Origin: a virus
Lineage: Duplodnaviria > Caudoviricetes
IMG/VR virus record: IMGVR_UViG_3300004369_000015
Coordinates: 1 to 62,151 of that record
DNA length: 62,151 bases
Reading direction: 5' to 3' (one strand)
Shown here: positions 1-10,510 of the stretch, piece after piece
Numbering within the stretch: position 1 is the first letter of the stretch
Layout of the letters: each line of letters opens with the position of its first letter
Notes under the pieces: generated by a model
Database searches by the model: none
What the model was told of the DNA's origin: nothing
What the model saw: only the letters and a program-made list of their open reading frames with translations
Program-made: the position numbers and the translations under genes

Positions 1-75
1 AACAAATGGGAGTTGCAGTTGCTTGTAGATGCAATCGTTCAGAAAGCGGATGCCCTTGGGTTTACCGTGAACATA
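1..75. repeat. Terminal overlap identical to 62077-62151 (circular contig)
   Basis: The first and last 75 nt are identical and an ORF reads through the join. Confidence 0.95.
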
Positions 76-99
76 ACCTTTAACACCAAAGAGAAATGA
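75..99 (+). repeat. Cassette-junction repeat AACCTTTAACACCAAAGAGAAATGA (copy 4)
   Basis: Identical to 61461-61485; encodes TFNTKEK-stop overlapping the next ATG. Confidence 0.9.
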
Positions 100-230
100 C
101 ACAATTAGAATGGGAAGCAAAGCGAATGGGAAAGTTCACGGCTTCCGAGATACACAAGTTAATGGGTACACCAAGGAAGAAAGGTGAAACCCTCTCAGAG
201 ACCGCCAAATCGTTTGTCATTGAAGTTGGA
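96..230 (+). pseudogene. 5' fragment of a YqaJ/lambda-exonuclease-like gene, truncated at the island boundary
   Basis: EWEAKRMGKFTASEIHKLMG resembles the YqaJ N-terminus; after FVIEVG the frame runs into a terminator and antisense sequence. Confidence 0.7.
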
Positions 231-259
231 AGGGAGTGTCCTCAAAGACACTCCCTTTT
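231..259. terminator. Hairpin built on the 16-bp palindrome; probable terminator between the convergent arms
   Basis: AGGGAGTGTC-CTCAAA-GACACTCCCT followed by a T-run. Confidence 0.75.
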
Positions 260-265
260 CCTTTA

Positions 266-3200
266 TTATTTTTTCTTCTTCAGAAGTTTGGGGTCGATAG
301 CCATACTCTCTACCTCTCCTTTCTTACTCTCCTTTTCAGGTTCAGGTGACATACCACTTGCGGGTCTATAAGATTTAGATATACCAAGTATGTCGTAGAT
401 TGCTGCCTCTTGAAACTCATCGTCTCCGAATCCAAGGTTGTACAACCCAATGAATGGGTCTAACTGTGCTCCCATTGCAGCCTCAAGTATTGGTCGTGTC
501 GTACCCCACAATACCCCATCTTTCTCTACCTGTTTCTTTACCTTGTATCCTACCGATGAGAATGGGTTCACTATAGAAGAGACAAACTTCTTTTTCTTTT
601 TATACTCATCCCCGCTAATACCCGCTATAACTCTACCGCCAAGGTCGTACTCTTCAGCAACTACACCAAGCATTGGCAACTGATATAGTAGGTTCATACC
701 AATCATTGCTTCAGCAATTTTACCCATAGCATCCTCCCTGTCGTCATCATCTCCTAATAGTTTTCCTATGTTAGAAGTAGCAACGAACAGTGCGTTAGCG
801 ATAGCAAGGTTTAGATAGAACTCTCTGATATCTTTTGAGCGAGGAACCTTTCCTTCTGAAATATCCCTACCCATATTGGTAGCAGATGACATCACTTTGT
901 TTATCTGTAGGAACACTGTGCTTCCAAACATTGTGAATGTTCTAACGAGGTAGTTCTTACTCATCTGAAGAGGAGTCTTCTCTGTTCCACGTCTTGACTG
1001 CTGAGTAGCATTGTAGTTATTGAATGCTTCTGCTGCCTCCTGTGGATTCATTCCGTTCTTGATGTTCCTGTTGTAGTTAATCATATACCCCATAACACCG
1101 AGCACGTCTCCGATAACCGTGGGCGCAGCACCCGCCTGTTGAAGTGCACGTCTTGCACGTGCCACTTTAGTATGGCTCTTACTCAGTGGCTTAAATGCTT
1201 TACCTCCTGATTCCAATCCATACACGTCACCCTCAATACCCTGCCTGATACGCATACGAAGTGTTGGTGACATCTCCATCGCCTTATTGATAGCACCGTC
1301 TTTGCCAATCAAATCCTTAGCCATTGACCCATACGTTGCAGCCATATCAACCATAAACATAACAGGGTCGATTGCTTTCTTCACAACGTTAGGAACTTTA
1401 GAGTCCTTAGGGAAGTAACTATAATCAGCATATGCGTTAACAAATGATGTCGCCTGTTTAGCAATCTGAATGACCTTGAATGCCAAAGCAAAACCCGTGA
1501 ACAGTTGTTGGAACTTAGACATCACCTTATTGTCCTGACCCATAGAAGTCCCGGCATTTGGATTGATATCCATATTGACCGTCTGCATCATAGACTTATG
1601 GATACCCAACTCACTAAGTAGTAGGTTCACTGCAGGGATTTTAAAGAATGCATTAATATCCTTCGTGGCCTCAGCATAAGCAACATACTTATCCATTGAC
1701 TGCAGGTGGTTTTCTAACACACCCGAGAAGTCAAAGTCAGATATACTAATATCCTTTTTGGTATCGGTTCTTTCCTTGAATGCAGGTGATACCTCAGCGT
1801 TAAAGATTCCATTGAAGTCGCCCTCCTTTAGGAGTTCGTTGTTATCCTGTGGGCTGATAGTTGATGTTGGGAAATAGTTCTGTACGTAACCAAGGTTCAC
1901 ATCATTGACGCTTGAGTATACAGAGTTTACTTGTTCGTAGTATTCGTTACTCAAGAACTCTACGACCCCATCAACAAATGATACCACCTCAGGCCCGAGG
2001 TTAGTTTTGATTTCCTCTAAGACCTCATCTGAAACCCCTTGGTTGCGCAACTTGTCACGCTGAAAATCATTCTGACTCAGAGCGTATATACGCATCTGTT
2101 GGTCTTTACTTACCTGAGCGTTAAAGGTTGCACCCGTCTTGGTGTTCTTTAATTTAAGAGACATCAATGGGTTACCATCCGAGTAGATGGTATTCATAAC
2201 CTGCTTATACCCCTTGTCAAACCCTGCAGCCCTTGCGATTGAATCTATAGCCTCAATAGTTCTGAATCTATTTTCGTTATAGATATCATTGGCACGGTTC
2301 AGTCTTCTATATACATTGTCCGTAAACGCAGTCTTGCTTCTTGATACTCTATCTACAAGGTTGGTAAGCGTACCAAGGTGTCTCAACATATTCTTAGACG
2401 TAGCGATAACCTGTGAAGCACTGCTATACTTGAAGTTCTTTAACCACTCCTTTATAGCCTGTGGATACTTCCTGTCTCTGAATAGTTTTCTTATTTCGTT
2501 CTTTCTCTCTGAGACTTGGTCGGTGTTTAACAACTCACCCATTTCATCGAACAACTCAGGATTTGTCTCTGCAATCTGAGCAGTCACCTCATCCTCAACC
2601 ATCTTATTACGAGCAGCACGTGCTGCTCTTCTTGACTTCAGGTTGTTTATGGATTCTCTCCTTGTGTCTTTGATGACACTGAACAATTCGTTGGTCTCTT
2701 CCAAAGACATATTCTGAAGGTCGGCAAACGTATCAAACGCCAACGCCAAGTTCATAAGAGCAGTCTCTTTAGATGTCAACTTCTCCCCTCTTGCTTGTTT
2801 AGCGAATGCCTCATCAACCTCAGGTCTTGCAATCTCTTCTGCGATTTTAGCAAGAGCATCTACATCATCCTTGATAATCGCATTGAGTACCTGCTTAGCA
2901 TTAGAGAAGAACGACTGACCCGCAGCGTCCAATCCTGCAGACCTACGTTTACCTGATTGAGTCATAGCAGGTTTTGCTTTCTTGTTTACGAGTTCAGCAA
3001 TCTTCTTTACGACAGACTTCTTCATCGTTGCTCTCTGCTGCTCGATAACATTCATCACATTCTCCATCTGTGCCTCAAGGTCTTCTACAGTTTTTACTTT
3101 ACTTACCGCAGAAATCAATGCATTGATTTTCCCTTGAGTATACTCATTAGATTTAGGGAGGCTTCTTCTGATGAAGTTCTTTAACTGCAACTGAGCATCT

Positions 3201-6200
3201 GCTAAGTTGTTTTCCGCAACCCTTCTCTGTCTTAGGTTATTCCTAATGGCAGCCATCTCTCTGCTGACACTTGTGTTTGCTCTGATACCCAACTGTCTAT
3301 CAAACGCATTCAGTAGTTCCATTTGAACTTGGTCTGTCTGCTCTTGGAATGTTGGGTGAGCCTTCATAAGTTCAACTGCCTTGGCACGGATATCAGAGAA
3401 TGTCTTGGTTCTTGTTGTTCCCCTTCCACCACGTGGGCCTTCGGTAGAGAACCTATCCAACTTCTCTTTTACGTCCTTATACATTTGAAGCGCAGACTGT
3501 ACTCCACCTGCTACACGTTCAAATTCTTTTGGCATTGTAGTAAGCAGGTCAACCTTAACCTCTAATACAGAATCAATATCAGCCTTCTTGTATCCACGAT
3601 TTTTTAGCACCTGTCTTATAGATGCATCTGAGAATCCCTTACTCCGTGCAGCAGATACCACTGCCCCTACAGTAGGGGATGATGATGTCATAAGTTGTAG
3701 TTGGTTATCAAGGTTTCTAACCTCAGCCCCAACAAACAACTCGTTCTCTGACATAAGGTCTACAACAACGCCATTAAGGAACTCATCAAGTGACAGGTTC
3801 TGAATCTGCTCGGCAGACATATTAGAGATACCTGTTAGTTTCTTTACGAACTCAAACAGTTCGTTCAACCAATTCTTGAAATTCTTTTTCTGTGCTGCAG
3901 TGGCGAATGATTCACCCTTATCTCCAATGGCAGTTGCCAATGCTTCCTCAAGGATGTAGTTACGGATGTCCTCTTCGGTAGCACCCGCCTTCTCCATCTC
4001 TTTAATAACCCTTTTATAGTCTGTACTGTTCTCTACATCGGTAACATAGTCAGTACCCTCCACCAAAGCCAACCCCTTCTTATATGTTTCAGGGGACATC
4101 TCTTTGGCAACGTTCATCCAAATGTGTCCGAACTCGTGAACGGGTGTATTAAAGTTTTCTAACCCGGGGTTGAGGTACAACTTACCATCAACCACTGCAC
4201 CGTAAACCTTTTGGCTTTTAGTAACCAACTGACGAGCATTAAGGTTTTCCATTAAAGCATCGAACTCCTCCTGTGTAGCCACAACGTCAACACTTGGGAA
4301 TGCTTTTGTCAGTCTATTTAAAAACTGTTGATACTGAGTAGGTGTAGGAGGAGTAACTTTCTTGGCTACAGATGCACTACGTTGAGCCGTATACATTTCG
4401 TCAGAACGAATCTCTGCTGAACTCTGTTTTCTCATCCCACCCTTGCCATCTTTCTTTTTAAGCAAACCCGCATACTTAGCATTCATTGTGTTCAGTGCTT
4501 TCTTAGATACGTTCCACATAGGAACTGTATCTTCCATCATAGCGACTGCTCTACCTCTAATGTATACAGGATAGTTCTCGTGTGTTCTAATTCCCTCTGC
4601 TTCCTGTTGGTCTCGAGTCATAATGGCCTTGTCAATATCAGCCTCTGACTTAATCAAGTTGCCGTCAGCGTCTGTGATTTCAAGAACCATAGTCATAGCA
4701 CCCATAGGTAGGTCACGTGTAAACTGCTCTGAAACAGAAGACCTTACCGACTGCTGAGTTATACCATTGTCCTGAAGGGTCATCCCTAACTGAGTAGTAG
4801 CCTTGACGTTTGCAGAAGGAAGAACGGCCTGAGTAATCTTTGCTCGTTGGGCTACGTTCAGTGATTTAAAAATATCAATGAATGATTGTAGGTCTGTTGT
4901 TTGACCAATGGCGTTATGGATAATTTTTGTATCCTTGTCTCCGAACTTTCTACCCAAGATGTAATCCTTCATCTGATTGTATACATCCTGTTGGTTGTCA
5001 AGTTTGTTTAGTTTGTCTGTAAACTCTATTGGTGTGGCAATATTAGAGTCTACTGAAGACGGAGCCATATTGTATACCACACTATAGTCTCCCTTTGTAA
5101 AGCCTCTGATAATTCGCTGCGCAGCCTCAACATCCATAGATGCCCAAGCAACCTTACCAAAGGTATCGTCCATTAGTGGGAAGAATGGGCCACCCATTCT
5201 CTTGCTATCTACCTTCAGTTGGTCAGCCATAACATAGTTAACGACCTTACCAACTAAGTCTTTTACTGACATCTTTGGAACCTTGTTTGCCAACTCAGTA
5301 TTCTCTGTTACTGTGATTGGAATGGTTTCCATAGTAGGCTCTGATACAACCTCAGTCTCCTCCACAATATCGGGCTGAACTTCCTCCATCAACTTACGTG
5401 ATGACTCAGCGAGTTTTTGCTTACGTGCTGATGTTTCAGAGTCTGTATTTAGTTGGAACATCTCAGGGTTTGGTGATTCTCTATTAGCCTCACCGAGCAT
5501 ATTCTCAAGGTCTTGTACCTCGTCATCTAAGAACTGCTGCTCATCGGGTGTCCTTGAAGACACTTCACCCAATCCCTCTATGTCAAGGACTATACCCCCT
5601 TCTTCTTCCGTCCCTTGCTCAGGCGTGACGGTAGTCGTTTCGGTAGTGATTGTGGATTCGGTGTCTCCTTGTCCCACTTCTCGCAGTTCCACCGGCTGCG
5701 GTTGTCTTGTGCTTGTGCGTAACACGCCCGTCTCTGTGCTTGGCTCTTGAATGGCATCTTCTTCTTGTTCTGTTGGTAATGTGCCAACGGGTGCTTGTCT
5801 CTTTGGTGCTTTCTTTAGGCTTTGAATTCCTACTAACTCAATGTTGACACGCTCACCCTCAGGCAATAGTTGTTTTGTTTCCGATATCTTGGCAATCTCT
5901 TCATTGATTGCAGCAATTTTACTTTTGAATACCTCTCTTCTATTCTGAGTAGAGGTCAATTCTTCTCTTGCGTTTAACAGTTCTACTAAGCGAGACTCCA
6001 CATCGGTGTTCTCATTTCTGCTAAGTAGCGATGGACTAACGCCCATAAGGTCTCTCGCCTCACGTCTAAGTCCTACGTTCTTTTGGATGCGTTGGTTTTC
6101 CTCAGGAGTAATCTTCCCAAGTCTTTCCATATTGTTTGCCCAAGAACTAATCTTCTCGTCTGATGCTATCTCGTTTACGATACCATCCGCAGTAGAGAAC

Positions 6201-8596
6201 TCTGCTGCAAGTTTCTCGTAGTTTACGTTTCTAATATCACGCATCATATTAACTGCAGCGTTTGGAGCGTTGTTACCCAATCCACCAATTGCCTCAGCAA
6301 ATATTTCTTTCGCATCAATCTCCTGACCCGCAACTACCTGCGCCATATATTCACCAAATGCTTCAGCAGCAGGGTCAAACACAACACGTTCTCCAACCGT
6401 AGCAGCAGCCTTTGCAGTTTTTGATGCAATGCTTCCTACCTTAAATACTCTACCTGCAAGTCCACCTGACACATAGTCTACGACTGCGATAGGGATACCA
6501 CGCTTCAACCCAATCTCTTTACCCTCGGCCCACACCTGCTCATCCTGCAGGGCAGCAGCCAAACTCAACGGGTCATCGGGGTTGTATCCTTGGTTGTCTA
6601 CCGCATCTAATACTGCGTTGGTGTATTCCAATGCTAAAGACGTGGCAGCAAAACCTGTTCTCATACCATAACTCAATCCTGCTAATGCTCCACCGGGAAC
6701 GGTTACCTCAGCGAAGGGGCCACCCGCTAACCCCGCCACCGCACCTGCTCCTGCTCCCGTAGCAGCCGAACCTGAGATTAACTTATATCCATATGGAAGC
6801 ATTTGGCTAAGCGACTCAGCAACAAAGGCAGTTGACAATTCGAATGGGTCATCAAGGAATACATCAAACGCCTCAGAGAATCCTCTTGCTGATGCGTATC
6901 TATATTGCGCTCTACCCTGCTCGTCTGTACGAGCCTCTTGCATATACTGTATAATCTTTAATGCAACCTCTTGAACCTCGGCATCATCACCAACATCTTT
7001 TAGACCAAGTGCCAATGCTAAGATTTGTTCAGCCCCCTTACCTCTCGCCAATCCTGAAGACCAACTCTGAGAAACTGCATCCCAATTTTCTATGAATTCA
7101 CCACGCAGGTTCTTGTCAAACTTCTCAGTGAAGAATGTATTTGCCATCTCGTAGTTGGATGCAGCGTATTGCTTCATAGCATCCAAGTCCCTTTTGTTTT
7201 GTAAGTAAAGACTAACAAGACTTTTCTGCTCAGTAGTTGTGGGGACGTATTGGCTTAGTTCTTCAAGGGTAATCCCCAACTTCTCATTAACATCTTTTGC
7301 TAAAATTTCTTCTGCTTTTTTGGCTGCTGAGTTAGCCTGTACTGCTTGTGCTGATTTCTGCTGAAACTCCTTGTCCAAAAACAAATCGAAGTCTTCACGT
7401 GCAGTAGCGATATCATCATCCGATATCTTAGAGTATAACTCGTTGTACTCCTCTTCCCTTCTTGCCAATATATCATCGGAGTCATTTCTTCTTCTTCCGT
7501 TGACATACAGGTGGGCGTATTTCTTTTGGTCTTTTTCAGATAGGTCTTTCAGATATAGCATAGACCTGTTGTTCAAGAAGTCTATCTCATCTCTTGTTTC
7601 AGCAAATGCATCTATATCCCTCTTAGCCTGTGCATAGTCTAAGCCACGGTCTTTATAGAATGCGAAACCAACTGCATCGATGTTGTTTATATTCTTCCAA
7701 CTACCCTCTGCAAATGCATTAGCCTTATCGGGGCTATCAAACTCAAATATCTCACCACGTAGAAACGCTTCGTTGTACGCATCCATACCTGACAACTCCA
7801 TCCAATCTTGAGGGTCGCTTGTGTAGTTTGCTCCTTTAGGGAACAGGGTTGGGAATACAACATTCTTCCCGTCAATGATTGCCGATGTTAGTTTAACCGT
7901 TGATACAGAACCGTCAGGGTTCATTACGGGTTTATCTCTTAGCCCTCTCACCTGAAGAGCATACTCTGCCTCGCTTACCTCTTGTGGATTAGCAGTTTTT
8001 AGTGGTGCTTGTTTCTTGCCTCGCTTCTTTTCTTCGGCTTGAACTGCTGCCAATGCAGCAGCATCCTCATTAATATTTTGGCTTGTTGTACGTGCATCAG
8101 CAAAACTTTGACGTAAGGCTTGGTCTACCATCCCCTGCTCGGGATACATACCAAGGCTATTCATAGGGTTTCTATACCCTAACTCACGTGTGTCTTGACC
8201 TATTACCTGTCTGTGGCTGCCATCAGGACTCCACAGTATCTCCCCCGGCTTTGGAGTATAGAACTCAAACTCAGGCTGCTCAGTAGTTGATTGCTCCGAA
8301 GAACCATCTGCCGATGGTAATTCCGTACCATCTTTTTTTTTTACAACAGGCTCTTGCTGAACAGGCTCTTGCTGAACAGGCTCTTGCTGAGTAGCATTAG
8401 CATCACCAAAAAATTCGGGGAACTTTGGATTTATAATACTGTAGTCATAGTTATATTGTTCGGCAGTTGTGACATAGTCTTTCAACAACTGAACGTCATA
8501 TCCTGACAACTCAGGGAACTTGCTCATTACTACTCCCCAATTATAGTTGTGGGCCTGAGCAGTTGCAATTAGGTCTTTTAAAATCTGTTCGTCCAT
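266..8596 (-). CDS. Giant (2776 aa) internal virion/ejection polyvalent protein with zincin metallopeptidase domain
   Basis: HEFGH motif (nt 4124-4138) with downstream EEALA; hydrophobic G/A-rich segments; last gene of the structural operon. Confidence 0.7.
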   Translation of the reverse strand: MDEQILKDLIATAQAHNYNWGVVMSKFPELSGYDVQLLKDYVTTAEQYNYDYSIINPKFPEFFGDANATQQEPVQQEPVQQEPVVKKKDGTELPSADGSSEQSTTEQPEFEFYTPKPGEILWSPDGSHRQVIGQDTRELGYRNPMNSLGMYPEQGMVDQALRQSFADARTTSQNINEDAAALAAVQAEEKKRGKKQAPLKTANPQEVSEAEYALQVRGLRDKPVMNPDGSVSTVKLTSAIIDGKNVVFPTLFPKGANYTSDPQDWMELSGMDAYNEAFLRGEIFEFDSPDKANAFAEGSWKNINNIDAVGFAFYKDRGLDYAQAKRDIDAFAETRDEIDFLNNRSMLYLKDLSEKDQKKYAHLYVNGRRRNDSDDILARREEEYNELYSKISDDDIATAREDFDLFLDKEFQQKSAQAVQANSAAKKAEEILAKDVNEKLGITLEELSQYVPTTTEQKSLVSLYLQNKRDLDAMKQYAASNYEMANTFFTEKFDKNLRGEFIENWDAVSQSWSSGLARGKGAEQILALALGLKDVGDDAEVQEVALKIIQYMQEARTDEQGRAQYRYASARGFSEAFDVFLDDPFELSTAFVAESLSQMLPYGYKLISGSAATGAGAGAVAGLAGGPFAEVTVPGGALAGLSYGMRTGFAATSLALEYTNAVLDAVDNQGYNPDDPLSLAAALQDEQVWAEGKEIGLKRGIPIAVVDYVSGGLAGRVFKVGSIASKTAKAAATVGERVVFDPAAEAFGEYMAQVVAGQEIDAKEIFAEAIGGLGNNAPNAAVNMMRDIRNVNYEKLAAEFSTADGIVNEIASDEKISSWANNMERLGKITPEENQRIQKNVGLRREARDLMGVSPSLLSRNENTDVESRLVELLNAREELTSTQNRREVFKSKIAAINEEIAKISETKQLLPEGERVNIELVGIQSLKKAPKRQAPVGTLPTEQEEDAIQEPSTETGVLRTSTRQPQPVELREVGQGDTESTITTETTTVTPEQGTEEEGGIVLDIEGLGEVSSRTPDEQQFLDDEVQDLENMLGEANRESPNPEMFQLNTDSETSARKQKLAESSRKLMEEVQPDIVEETEVVSEPTMETIPITVTENTELANKVPKMSVKDLVGKVVNYVMADQLKVDSKRMGGPFFPLMDDTFGKVAWASMDVEAAQRIIRGFTKGDYSVVYNMAPSSVDSNIATPIEFTDKLNKLDNQQDVYNQMKDYILGRKFGDKDTKIIHNAIGQTTDLQSFIDIFKSLNVAQRAKITQAVLPSANVKATTQLGMTLQDNGITQQSVRSSVSEQFTRDLPMGAMTMVLEITDADGNLIKSEADIDKAIMTRDQQEAEGIRTHENYPVYIRGRAVAMMEDTVPMWNVSKKALNTMNAKYAGLLKKKDGKGGMRKQSSAEIRSDEMYTAQRSASVAKKVTPPTPTQYQQFLNRLTKAFPSVDVVATQEEFDALMENLNARQLVTKSQKVYGAVVDGKLYLNPGLENFNTPVHEFGHIWMNVAKEMSPETYKKGLALVEGTDYVTDVENSTDYKRVIKEMEKAGATEEDIRNYILEEALATAIGDKGESFATAAQKKNFKNWLNELFEFVKKLTGISNMSAEQIQNLSLDEFLNGVVVDLMSENELFVGAEVRNLDNQLQLMTSSSPTVGAVVSAARSKGFSDASIRQVLKNRGYKKADIDSVLEVKVDLLTTMPKEFERVAGGVQSALQMYKDVKEKLDRFSTEGPRGGRGTTRTKTFSDIRAKAVELMKAHPTFQEQTDQVQMELLNAFDRQLGIRANTSVSREMAAIRNNLRQRRVAENNLADAQLQLKNFIRRSLPKSNEYTQGKINALISAVSKVKTVEDLEAQMENVMNVIEQQRATMKKSVVKKIAELVNKKAKPAMTQSGKRRSAGLDAAGQSFFSNAKQVLNAIIKDDVDALAKIAEEIARPEVDEAFAKQARGEKLTSKETALMNLALAFDTFADLQNMSLEETNELFSVIKDTRRESINNLKSRRAARAARNKMVEDEVTAQIAETNPELFDEMGELLNTDQVSERKNEIRKLFRDRKYPQAIKEWLKNFKYSSASQVIATSKNMLRHLGTLTNLVDRVSRSKTAFTDNVYRRLNRANDIYNENRFRTIEAIDSIARAAGFDKGYKQVMNTIYSDGNPLMSLKLKNTKTGATFNAQVSKDQQMRIYALSQNDFQRDKLRNQGVSDEVLEEIKTNLGPEVVSFVDGVVEFLSNEYYEQVNSVYSSVNDVNLGYVQNYFPTSTISPQDNNELLKEGDFNGIFNAEVSPAFKERTDTKKDISISDFDFSGVLENHLQSMDKYVAYAEATKDINAFFKIPAVNLLLSELGIHKSMMQTVNMDINPNAGTSMGQDNKVMSKFQQLFTGFALAFKVIQIAKQATSFVNAYADYSYFPKDSKVPNVVKKAIDPVMFMVDMAATYGSMAKDLIGKDGAINKAMEMSPTLRMRIRQGIEGDVYGLESGGKAFKPLSKSHTKVARARRALQQAGAAPTVIGDVLGVMGYMINYNRNIKNGMNPQEAAEAFNNYNATQQSRRGTEKTPLQMSKNYLVRTFTMFGSTVFLQINKVMSSATNMGRDISEGKVPRSKDIREFYLNLAIANALFVATSNIGKLLGDDDDREDAMGKIAEAMIGMNLLYQLPMLGVVAEEYDLGGRVIAGISGDEYKKKKKFVSSIVNPFSSVGYKVKKQVEKDGVLWGTTRPILEAAMGAQLDPFIGLYNLGFGDDEFQEAAIYDILGISKSYRPASGMSPEPEKESKKGEVESMAIDPKLLKKKK
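2664..2679. repeat. 16-bp palindrome GTGTC-TTTGAT-GACAC (intragenic)
   Basis: Read directly; one spacer base deviates from consensus. Confidence 0.8.
5548..5563. repeat. 16-bp palindrome GTGTC-CTTGAA-GACAC (intragenic)
   Basis: Read directly. Confidence 0.9.
5590..5757 (-). CDS. Overprinted small basic protein (55 aa, MPFKSQAQRRACYA...WDKETP) in an alternative frame of the giant gene
   Basis: ATG with A-rich leader; resembles the MPFKSxAQRR small phage proteins I recall; lies in an acidic linker of the host frame. Confidence 0.65.
   Translation of the reverse strand: MPFKSQAQRRACYAQAQDNRSRWNCEKWDKETPNPQSLPKRLPSRLSKGRKKKGV
8346..8390. repeat. 3 x 15-bp tandem repeat encoding QQEPV
   Basis: ACAGGCTCTTGCTGA three times. 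Confidence 0.9.
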
Positions 8597-8604
8597 ATTA
8601 TAAA

Positions 8605-10500
8605 TTATCGTGAAGTGCCACCCGGCCCTCCGGCATCACCCTTTGTAATGTTTGTTTTTGTTCTACCCGCAGTTAGTTTTGGCTTGTCTGCGTGAGTGTC
8701 AAGCAATTTTTTTAGTGTAGAAACATATGATTGGAATGGAGTATCATCATCCACATTGAATACATATTCATTACCTCCAATTACAATCTTAACTTCATCT
8801 GTACCAAAAGCACCTTGCGTATCTATCGAATCAGGCTTAATACCATAGTTGTTCAATAGGTTCTGTAGATTCTTTTCTGTTTGGTCTTCGTTGTCTTTGA
8901 CAAACAAGTTTGTAGACAACGTTCTGTCTTCTCGCAAAATTCTTGAGAACGCTTCGTTTGCAGTTTCTTCTTTCTTAACCTCTCCAACTGAACTTGCGGT
9001 AGATGCAGCGTTGAACTCTTTATCTTGAAGGCCGAGGTCGTTCCACTTCTTAGACATATCTCTTGGCAGGTCTTCGCCAACAAAGAATATACCTGCTGCT
9101 CCAACACTCCAATCTGACTGTGCCTTTATATTCCCTCCATCATCTTTAAATGGTGCATTTTCAGTCCTTCCATCTGCGTACTTGACAGTTACACCATTAG
9201 CATCACGCTTCAATGATACAATCTGATTTGCAGGTTGGTATCCCGATGTAGCCCTTCTAAGCCAATCTGATGCCTCAGCCACCTCAGAGTCGTTACCATA
9301 CCACAACTTAGCAACAAGCCCAAGTTTGTTTTTATCCTCCTTTTCCTTGTCACCTCTCGCAACCTGCCACTGTGCAGGTGGGTTAGGATTACGGTATTCA
9401 TTGAATGACTGCTTGTCTTGAGTAACGTCCATCTTGTTACGGATAGACATCTTCATAAACGCACGTACCTGCTTCTCTTGTTCAGCAGCATTCGGGTTTA
9501 CCTTAGGGTCGAATACAGGAAGGTTGTCATCGCCTAACAGAATTAAGTTTGGGTCTGATTTTGCTTTCTCTACATCATAAGTAAATGTATACTCAGCACC
9601 TTCAGCAGTTGTGTTTACAAAGTTTGTAAGAACAGAACTCATATTGTATGGATTAGACATCTGTCCTGTAATCCAATCGTCCTCTGCTCTGAAGTAGTAG
9701 TTCATTGTCTCGGCCTCTTGTTCTGAAAGGCCAAGTGCCATAAGTTCTTCCTTGGTATGCAACTTTGCAAATGGGTTCATCCAAGAATCAATCTCTGCGT
9801 TCTTTGTTCTTGTTCCGTCTACCACCTTGGCAGCCGTCTTCCAAACGCCTGTCTCTGATGCCCACTTAGCAGTCGCTCCCTCTAAGTCATAGTTGTCGTA
9901 GTATCCTGCAATCTGCCCACGAAGAGCACCAACATCCACCAAGTCATTTGGGTTTGAGGATAATACCATCTCCCCCGTCTCAGGGTCTTTAACTCTATAC
10001 GCAGCATTGACCTTCCCGTTCTCGGGATTGATGACCAACCCTGCCTTTGAGAAGTTTGCAAATCCCTCAACGTTTGACATCATCCAAGCCTCAAGGTCTT
10101 GAGCCTTACCGTCCTTTACACGCTGCATCTTTTCAGCGTATACGTCTTGGTATTCCTGCATTAAACTGAATGCTGCATCAGTACCGTCAGTTAGGTTCTG
10201 ACGCATAATTGCGTAATCCTTTGGACTAAGAGAACCACTCTTCAGTAGTCTCTCCTGCATAAGCATCTGCTCTTGGGCATCTGCGCTAAATTGAATAGCA
10301 GCCTCGTTGAGCGTTTTGTTTTCGCCACGAACCCCCTCACTTAAAACCCTCTGATAGTTTCGTGTTGCCTCATCAATGGCAGCCTTCTTCTCTTCACGAA
10401 CACGTGACTCTTCTTTGAGGACTGCATTTATATTAGACCCTACCTCGGCCCAATTGACCTGTAGCGATGGTTCTCTTTCCTGATATCCGTAACCTGCCAT
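8605..10500 (-). CDS. Putative internal virion protein (631 aa)
   Basis: Long helical ORF in the ejection-protein block. Confidence 0.55.
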   Translation of the reverse strand: MAGYGYQEREPSLQVNWAEVGSNINAVLKEESRVREEKKAAIDEATRNYQRVLSEGVRGENKTLNEAAIQFSADAQEQMLMQERLLKSGSLSPKDYAIMRQNLTDGTDAAFSLMQEYQDVYAEKMQRVKDGKAQDLEAWMMSNVEGFANFSKAGLVINPENGKVNAAYRVKDPETGEMVLSSNPNDLVDVGALRGQIAGYYDNYDLEGATAKWASETGVWKTAAKVVDGTRTKNAEIDSWMNPFAKLHTKEELMALGLSEQEAETMNYYFRAEDDWITGQMSNPYNMSSVLTNFVNTTAEGAEYTFTYDVEKAKSDPNLILLGDDNLPVFDPKVNPNAAEQEKQVRAFMKMSIRNKMDVTQDKQSFNEYRNPNPPAQWQVARGDKEKEDKNKLGLVAKLWYGNDSEVAEASDWLRRATSGYQPANQIVSLKRDANGVTVKYADGRTENAPFKDDGGNIKAQSDWSVGAAGIFFVGEDLPRDMSKKWNDLGLQDKEFNAASTASSVGEVKKEETANEAFSRILREDRTLSTNLFVKDNEDQTEKNLQNLLNNYGIKPDSIDTQGAFGTDEVKIVIGGNEYVFNVDDDTPFQSYVSTLKKLLDTHADKPKLTAGRTKTNITKGDAGGPGGTSR

Positions 10501-10510
10501 TGCTTATTAT

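Noticed and set aside
96-371. 91-aa ORF as an intact gene
   Set aside because: Only the first 45 codons look protein-like; the rest crosses the terminator and runs antisense to the giant gene.
266-8596. crAss- or N4-like virion RNA polymerase
   Set aside because: No catalytic motif recognised, and host-type TAnnTTTG promoters precede both early and late genes.
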